Below the pieces are notes generated by a model that saw nothing but the letters and a program-made list of their open reading frames with translations, had not been told where the DNA came from and searched no databases. Source: Pseudomonadota bacterium (lineage in GTDB: Bacteria > Bdellovibrionota_B > Oligoflexia > Oligoflexales > CAIMVM01). From it: 64,000 bases of DNA. Position 1 is the stretch's first letter. Each line of letters opens with the position of its first letter. Shown here in pieces: positions 58,251-64,000 of the stretch. The position numbers and the translations under genes are program-made. Location of the stretch: NCBI GenBank assembly GCA_037142195.1, contig JBAXBA010000006.1, positions 14,562-78,561 on the forward strand. The letters run 5' to 3'.

Positions 58251-58279
58251 TTTTCGGCAGGTTCGTTCCGAGGCTTTAG
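58251..58279 (-). promoter_or_regulatory. sigma28/FliA-like promoter for cassette B
   Basis: Minus strand CTAAAG-N15-GCCGAAAA, ending about 29 nt upstream of ATG 58222. Confidence 0.65.
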
Positions 58280-58857
58280 GATTCTTTTAAAAATGGAAAT
58301 TTACGCCGTATTATCAATGCATTGTCTTACATTTGCCTGAGGTGTTTTCTTTTTCTTGTCACAAGTTTGTTCAGCAGTTTTTTTCGCCAGTCATATTTCT
58401 TCGACATGCCTCAAGCAGGTCCTAAAATGTTGCGTCGTTTGTCTACTGCCAATATTGATAGTATCGATCAAAAAAATGACGAAATACTAAAATGTACCTG
58501 GGGCAAAATTTGACAAAATAGATCCATTTTACTTATTTCCAAATATACCATTGGACCCATTTAAGACCATGTAAAGCGCCGGTGCAAAAAAAGGCGGTTT
58601 CTCTTTTTTGTTTTGACTAAAATAGATTTGAAGCTGACTTGATCGCTGGTTTGTGATTGAGCCCAGAGAAACCTAGATATTAAGAGATGAAGTGTTCGAA
58701 ATAGGAAGAATTCTAGAATTTCATGGGCAGCCTTAGAATTCTTATCGTTACTTTCACCTAGCGAAAATTGGACTGAACATCAATGCTTGCGGCAAATCCA
58801 TGGACAGTCTTTAGTTTAGTTCATGCTGAGAGATATCTGTTAGACTTAAATGCGAGC

Positions 58858-59352
58858 TCACTTTGAACTGCAATCAGGAAATCTTTCCACAATAAATTCG
58901 GCATGGCTAAACTTAAATTTTGCAGGGATCAAGACAAAAGCGTGTGGAGCATCCATTGCATCTGTAGTTATACAGTTCTCTCCTGGCTTTGTGCGCTTTA
59001 TTTTAGCTACAAAAGACTTAGGCTTTCCTTTTTTGCTATAACTCTCAATACTTTCCACACTTATAGTATGGCCGCCAGAACGAACGAATTCTTGAATTCC
59101 AAAGACCTGATATTTTTTAAAGTCTATCTTCAATGGCAAACGATCCCCTTCAATAAGATCGTTTTCTAGTTTTTTCCACTCTGCCTCTGATGTGATGTTA
59201 AAAATGAGGTGATCTTTCCCATTCCCCAATTGATTTTTTAAGTAAATTTTAAGTGGCTCAAATGGGATGGAGGATTTTTTTTCAGCAGCAAAAGCTGATG
59301 AGCCAAACATTGTCAAACTGATAAAAATGGAGGCGAAGATGGCATTGAGCAT
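58858..59352 (-). CDS. Exported PrcB C-terminal-like domain protein
   Basis: Signal peptide ending AFA; IDFKKYQV, SGGHTISVESI and PGENCITTDAMDAPHAFV fit the PrcB_C pattern. Start taken at MLNAIF. Confidence 0.65.
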   Translation of the reverse strand: MLNAIFASIFISLTMFGSSAFAAEKKSSIPFEPLKIYLKNQLGNGKDHLIFNITSEAEWKKLENDLIEGDRLPLKIDFKKYQVFGIQEFVRSGGHTISVESIESYSKKGKPKSFVAKIKRTKPGENCITTDAMDAPHAFVLIPAKFKFSHAEFIVERFPDCSSK

Positions 59353-59594
59353 ATCAATTTCCAATCATGAAAGATGAGGCATTTTAAAACTTAGGTTACA
59401 TCCTAGCTCATCTAGATCAACGCAAAAAGTGACATTTTTGAATTGTGAGAAAGGACGCTGATCAGGAACATGTTTTCATGTATGGACTCCAACTTTTTAT
59501 TTCCAAGCTTTCTGGGGAATTTCGATATGCTTTAAGGTTTTCTTTTATATAAAGTAGTCTGATTACAGAGACTTATATTTTTATAGCCTTTGCC

Positions 59595-59623
59595 CTGAAG
59601 TTTTCCAGTCGAAATTCCGATAG
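59595..59623 (+). promoter_or_regulatory. sigma28/FliA-like promoter for the 59747 lipoprotein
   Basis: CTGAAG-N15-TCCGATAG. Confidence 0.45.
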
Positions 59624-59746
59624 AAAAGCCAGGGATTCAGGAGTTCTGGGCATCACCCTACATATTTGAAAGCCAAATAACGCTGGTTTTAGAGTGCGCG
59701 AACCCAAGGGTGGAGATTTTCAGACGTACGATGGGGAGAAGAGTAT

Positions 59747-60526
59747 ATGAAGATGTCTATTTTTACGTGTCTAGTAGCGATCGTTGCTTGTAATTCCAAC
59801 AGCAATTTCAAAGGCGGATCCGCGTCTAAGAAGGCTGCAGTTTCAAATGCAAAGCCTGGGGATCCCTCCGGAGATGCAAATTCTACTGGTGAAGAAAGGA
59901 TAGGCCAATCAGGCGATGGAGATGCAAAGGCCATTGCTAGCCTTGCAAATCTTTGTAGTAGTGGGGTTATGAAGACGAGGTCTATTGTCGTTAATATTCC
60001 CTCTAATTCAGGCGCTAAATGTCCTTTTGGTCAAGGAGATAATTTGGGAGAATCTAATGGAAAAATTACCGCGCGCATAGAAAAAGATTTTCCTTTAGAT
60101 ATACCAAAATCCCATAAGGTTTGCGGTATGAAGGCTGACGCGTCGAACCAGCCGATGCGATATGATGACCATCTTTTTTTAACCTTAAACGGCAATGTCC
60201 TATTAGCTTCAACGACCGAGGCGGATAAGTTTTTAACGGGTTCTAATGGTTTCAAGCAGTATGATTGGAACAAAATTAAAGGCCAAGATAGTTCAGATCC
60301 TCCCAGTTATTGTGGTCCAGGTTTGACCTGCAAGCTGCCTAGAACGCAGGTTGAAGGTGATTTCAATTTTACTATTTCCCAGGATGCCAGCTCGAAGATT
60401 TTTGGCCCATTGTTGGGCTCCGATCTTAAGTTTAGCCTCATTCTGACAGGAGATAACGATCCCTCGTCGGATTGCCAATTGAATACCTCGCTTAAGGTTA
60501 ATCTAAGCTATTCTTATGTCGAGTAG
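59747..60526 (+). CDS. Hypothetical Cys-rich lipoprotein
   Basis: IVAC lipobox, Gly/Ser/Asp linker, six Cys in a beta-rich domain. Confidence 0.75.
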   Translation: MKMSIFTCLVAIVACNSNSNFKGGSASKKAAVSNAKPGDPSGDANSTGEERIGQSGDGDAKAIASLANLCSSGVMKTRSIVVNIPSNSGAKCPFGQGDNLGESNGKITARIEKDFPLDIPKSHKVCGMKADASNQPMRYDDHLFLTLNGNVLLASTTEADKFLTGSNGFKQYDWNKIKGQDSSDPPSYCGPGLTCKLPRTQVEGDFNFTISQDASSKIFGPLLGSDLKFSLILTGDNDPSSDCQLNTSLKVNLSYSYVE

Positions 60527-60703
60527 TCTTTAGGCCGCACATTTTTTTTGATTTCATTTCTTATAGAAAGGCGAAAGTATATTCATCGCCTTTCTTTTTT
60601 TCTCGTCTTATTTGAGACCCTAAAGAATTACTTTAAAATATGTTTCTTATCTTTTGTGATAGGATATAATGCAAGTTATTCACATTTTTTTGGGGTTTTT
60701 AAC

Positions 60704-61612
60704 ATGCGCTCACCTTTACTTTTAAGTCTAATCTTGAGTTTAGGGGGATGCAGTTTGCAAAATCAGGAAAAAAAGTCCTCAGGCACATTTCCGACCATTG
60801 ATATGAGTATTCCCAGCAATGCCTCCACGGGAGCTATCGCCTTGGCAGGAGATAGCAATGTATTCACAGAACACGGTGAACGCATGGAAAGTATCATTGC
60901 CCACGTCAATAAAGTCATGGATCGTCTAAACTCCTCCAAGAATTTGCAAGAAAAAGGCACCTCTTCTTTCGAAGCTGAAAACGGCAAAAAGATCAGCGTT
61001 TCCATTGCTGACGGAACCGGTTCTTATAAAAAACAGGCGATTATTTGCACAGAAAGTAAGCCCCATATGTTTATGGAGTGGAACGACTCGGTCGTTCATA
61101 TAAGAAAAGATTGGAACCAGGATGCTTGGCGCGTCAGTCCCTCCCCATATAAAGCTGAGATGTTATTTGACAGAAGTTCCGGCACCCTTGAGATTTATGG
61201 TTACGGGGTTCCGTGGACGATCCCCCCTGAAATAGCCTCTGATACGGCAAACGGTGGCAGCTTTAATGCGGAATACCTCAAAGGCACCTTGAATAGTGAC
61301 GGTAGTTTTGAACTTCAAGCAGTTAGGGCATGGGATGTGAGCGCTGTGACCAAATTTACGGGCGATGTTTGGTTTAGTGGCAAATTAAATGCCGATGGTT
61401 TCGGAACCGGGAAGGCATATAGACGCTGGAATACCGCCCAATGCGGCTTGACTACCTTTGATGAAGCTAGTGCAAACTGGTGTTTAGGCTTAATGATTGC
61501 AGCAGACGGAAGTTCGCAAAGAATGGCAGCACTTGGCATCGGCGATACGTATGTGCCTGCAAGTGAGTCTAAGCTTAAAGTTATCGACTTAAGCGACGTC
61601 GCGTGTCCCTAG
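60704..61612 (+). CDS. Hypothetical lipoprotein
   Basis: Start moved to ATG 60704 (MRSPLLLSLILSLGGC lipobox); four further Cys including the terminal ACP. Confidence 0.75.
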   Translation: MRSPLLLSLILSLGGCSLQNQEKKSSGTFPTIDMSIPSNASTGAIALAGDSNVFTEHGERMESIIAHVNKVMDRLNSSKNLQEKGTSSFEAENGKKISVSIADGTGSYKKQAIICTESKPHMFMEWNDSVVHIRKDWNQDAWRVSPSPYKAEMLFDRSSGTLEIYGYGVPWTIPPEIASDTANGGSFNAEYLKGTLNSDGSFELQAVRAWDVSAVTKFTGDVWFSGKLNADGFGTGKAYRRWNTAQCGLTTFDEASANWCLGLMIAADGSSQRMAALGIGDTYVPASESKLKVIDLSDVACP

Positions 61613-61666
61613 GGAATCGATGAATCGAAGTTCTGCCTTAGCGTTGAAAATGAACGGATTATAGAA

Positions 61667-62977
61667 ATGCCAGAAAGAACATCAGTGCAGACCTTAATAG
61701 AGTTCTATAAGTCGTCCAAAAAAGCCGTTTTTAACGGCGGTTTTCTAATACAATATGGTGTGTCTTTAGGGTCTGGAGTTGCTGGCTTTTTAAGTCTAGC
61801 CATGCTGGGTCGCGTGCTTCCCAGTGAGGCGATGTATTCTGCGGTAGCTGCTATTTTAGCGACATTTAGCACTTATTTTGTATTTTTTGATTTGGGCTAT
61901 ACCTCGGAATTGATGAGAGATCTCAATACAGCGCCACCAGCAAGACGAGAAGAGGCGGCTTCTCAGGGCTTTTTGTCCCTTCTCTATCTTCGATTCTTGA
62001 TTTGTCTTTTAGTGATCCCTTTGAGTTTGGTTCAAGGATTTATTTCAGGGGCAGATGGGGATCATGTCGCAGCCTTTGGGATTTTTTCTTTGTCATTTCT
62101 ATTTTTTGCTTTTTTTTCTACGCTAGATACCGTGTATTTTGCTGAGGCAAAACCGATCCAGGCTGTTTCTACAAAAATGTTGCGACTTGCGGCGAGTCTT
62201 ACGCTTCCCGTCATCGTATATATTCGGACAGATTTAAACCTCAGCGAACTTTTTTTGGCGTATTTGGCGATTCTAAGTGTTTTTTCGTTAATGGCCTTTG
62301 TTTTAAATCGTCATACGATTAAGAAGCTGTTTCATTTGGGCTGGATTCCAAAATCAGAGCCTTTTAAGTCCTTTCTCGTTCGGTGTATGAAGTCATCATT
62401 GACTCCTAGTCTAACGATGCTTGGGGCCTTTTTCATCCAAACGGCTCTTTATCGTGGTGAAGGACTGGGAAGCCTCAGTACTTATGTTGCGGGTGTATCC
62501 CTGATCTCTCCCATTTCCACCATGATGCAAACACTCTCCAGTTTAGTGCAGCGCGATCTGATACTTTCGGTTACATCAGACCTCAAGCTTGCGAAGTTGC
62601 AAGTCTATCGCACTTCTGGCCTTATTGCCCTAGTCGGCTTCCTGGGAATTTTGTCCGTCATAGGTCTCTACAAAATAGGTCTCATAAACTTCTTTTTAAA
62701 GCACATAGATGACAACTTTAGCCCCATATTTGCACTTTTAGGTGTTCAAATCACTGTAGCTACTATTTACACTCAGTTTTTCAATGTTTTACAGTTTAGA
62801 AAACGATACCGACTTCTCTTTAAAACAGGTGTTCTTCTTAATGGAGTGGGAGTCCCCGTGGTAGCTTATCTGTCTCTCAAAGAAGGCATTATGGGAAGCC
62901 TCTATGGTGGGTGTCTGCTGTCCTTGGCTACCCTTATTGTTTATTTTTGGTTATTTAAAAAAGATTTGGCAGAGTAA
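61667..62977 (+). CDS. Wzx/MOP-family polysaccharide flippase-like membrane protein
   Basis: About 12 TM helices; LGRVLP...FFDLGY...RDL N-terminal pattern typical of Wzx. Confidence 0.65.
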   Translation: MPERTSVQTLIEFYKSSKKAVFNGGFLIQYGVSLGSGVAGFLSLAMLGRVLPSEAMYSAVAAILATFSTYFVFFDLGYTSELMRDLNTAPPARREEAASQGFLSLLYLRFLICLLVIPLSLVQGFISGADGDHVAAFGIFSLSFLFFAFFSTLDTVYFAEAKPIQAVSTKMLRLAASLTLPVIVYIRTDLNLSELFLAYLAILSVFSLMAFVLNRHTIKKLFHLGWIPKSEPFKSFLVRCMKSSLTPSLTMLGAFFIQTALYRGEGLGSLSTYVAGVSLISPISTMMQTLSSLVQRDLILSVTSDLKLAKLQVYRTSGLIALVGFLGILSVIGLYKIGLINFFLKHIDDNFSPIFALLGVQITVATIYTQFFNVLQFRKRYRLLFKTGVLLNGVGVPVVAYLSLKEGIMGSLYGGCLLSLATLIVYFWLFKKDLAE

Positions 62978-63158
62978 CAGCAGAGTAATAATAGCGGGCC
63001 GTTACTTTCCCGTTTTGATATCCCGTTTTGCTTGGAGATGGTTGCTAGATAAAGGCCACTTAAAACAGAAAATTCAAGATTTCGGTTAATCTAGAGAAGT
63101 GGTTCCACCTGGTTTTTAGGTCACTTGAAAGTTCTAGAATTTAGTGGTTGAGTTTCCT

Positions 63159-63920
63159 CTAGGATTCTTGTCGCTGTAGGACAACTAACCAGTTTTGACA
63201 AAACATCCCGAAAATTCTGGAAAACAGGCTTTCAAGAAAATAGAATATTTGCAAGAACACTCGGCTACTAGCAAGAGTTGGGGGGAGTCTTTCCAGAGAG
63301 TTTTTTGGAAAAATTCCATATCTCTCAGCTTTTAAAACTTTGAATCCTGTGTTTTGAGCCATAGATTCGATGTCATTTTTGTTATAGAGAAATTGATGCT
63401 TAAATTTCTTTGGAAAAAACGTTCTTACGACATACTCTATCCAAGAATTTTTATTGGGGAGATGGCAGATAAAGAAAATGCCATTCGCCTTGAGAATGCG
63501 GTGCATCTCCCTTAGAGAGGAGGCCTCGCTTCCGCCGGTTTCTCTGACGTGTTCCAGTACCCCGATGCTAAACACAACTTCAAATTCATTTTTTTCAAAG
63601 GGCAAATGTACAGGCTCGCTAAAATCGCCTTCGATATAGGTCACATTTGACGGCAATAGTTCTTTGATGTAGCCAGGGGAATTGAATCCGATACTGGTGA
63701 CCTTTGCATTTTGGGTAGAAAGAAATACGGAAAAATGTCCCGAGCCACAACTCCAGTCAAGAACTGGTTCATTGGTTTTGATGTATCTTTTACAAGCTGA
63801 ATACACAGAAGCATATTGGGCAATGGTCAGCAAATTTGCCATCTGGAGTTCACTTATATTTTTGCTTCGATAGTGATCCCTGACTTTTTCGCATGTCTCT
63901 ATTTCAAATTTAGTCAGCAT
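63159..63920 (-). CDS. Class I SAM-dependent methyltransferase
   Basis: VLDWSCGSGH motif I, LPFEKNEFEVVFSIGVLEHV and EMHRILKANG. Confidence 0.88.
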   Translation of the reverse strand: MLTKFEIETCEKVRDHYRSKNISELQMANLLTIAQYASVYSACKRYIKTNEPVLDWSCGSGHFSVFLSTQNAKVTSIGFNSPGYIKELLPSNVTYIEGDFSEPVHLPFEKNEFEVVFSIGVLEHVRETGGSEASSLREMHRILKANGIFFICHLPNKNSWIEYVVRTFFPKKFKHQFLYNKNDIESMAQNTGFKVLKAERYGIFPKNSLERLPPTLASSRVFLQIFYFLESLFSRIFGMFCQNWLVVLQRQES

Positions 63921-64000
63921 TTTTCCGCCATTTTACCGCTTTTTTCCGCTTTTTTCCGCTTTTTTCCGCTTTTTTCCGCTTTTTTCCGCTTTTTTCCGCT
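63921..64000. repeat. 10-bp tandem repeat (TTTTTCCGCT), at least 6 perfect copies plus 2 variants, running off the window
   Basis: Read directly; abuts the ATG of the methyltransferase. Confidence 0.95.

Noticed and set aside
58322..58513. 63-aa ORF in the 58223-58857 intergenic region
   Set aside because: TTG start without RBS and no motifs; region more likely regulatory.
1..64000. tRNA, rRNA, prophage or integrase genes
   Set aside because: None recognised by eye; a covariance-model scan was not possible.

Overview
Bacterial chromosomal segment of moderate GC, gene-dense, with no rRNA, tRNA or CRISPR array visible. Gene content (fliL-fliM-fliN-fliO-fliP-fliQ-fliR-flhB-flhA-flhF-flhG-fliA-cheY cluster, GTP-type PEPCK, NrdR-boxed class Ia nrdAB, many orphan Cys-rich lipoproteins) suggests Bdellovibrionota/Oligoflexia or a related delta-type lineage (inference). 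Housekeeping genes are partial trxB, dacB, pckG, nrdAB, tatB, hldD, smc and ssb. Three accessory items stand out. (1) A translationally coupled 11.5-kb operon (5168-16705) joins an AsmA/YdbH-like bridge protein, a YnbE/YdbL-like lipoprotein, a 2139-aa exported TolB-propeller/TPR/CHAT (caspase-like, His/Cys retained) protein and an orphan lipoprotein. (2) Two divergent paralogous cassettes (38754-42776 and 53663-58222) each encode a CxxCH protein, a Cys-containing lipoprotein and a Tat-exported DUF1501-like protein; each is preceded by a sigma28/FliA-like promoter with the same 15-nt spacer, and a stand-alone tatB and a lipoprotein cytochrome c flank the first. (3) An MNT-HEPN pair downstream of ssb lies between two decayed HUH-transposase-like fragments (IS91-like and possibly IS200-like) that the ORF track misses. 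All family assignments come from motif reading by eye; no searches were run.
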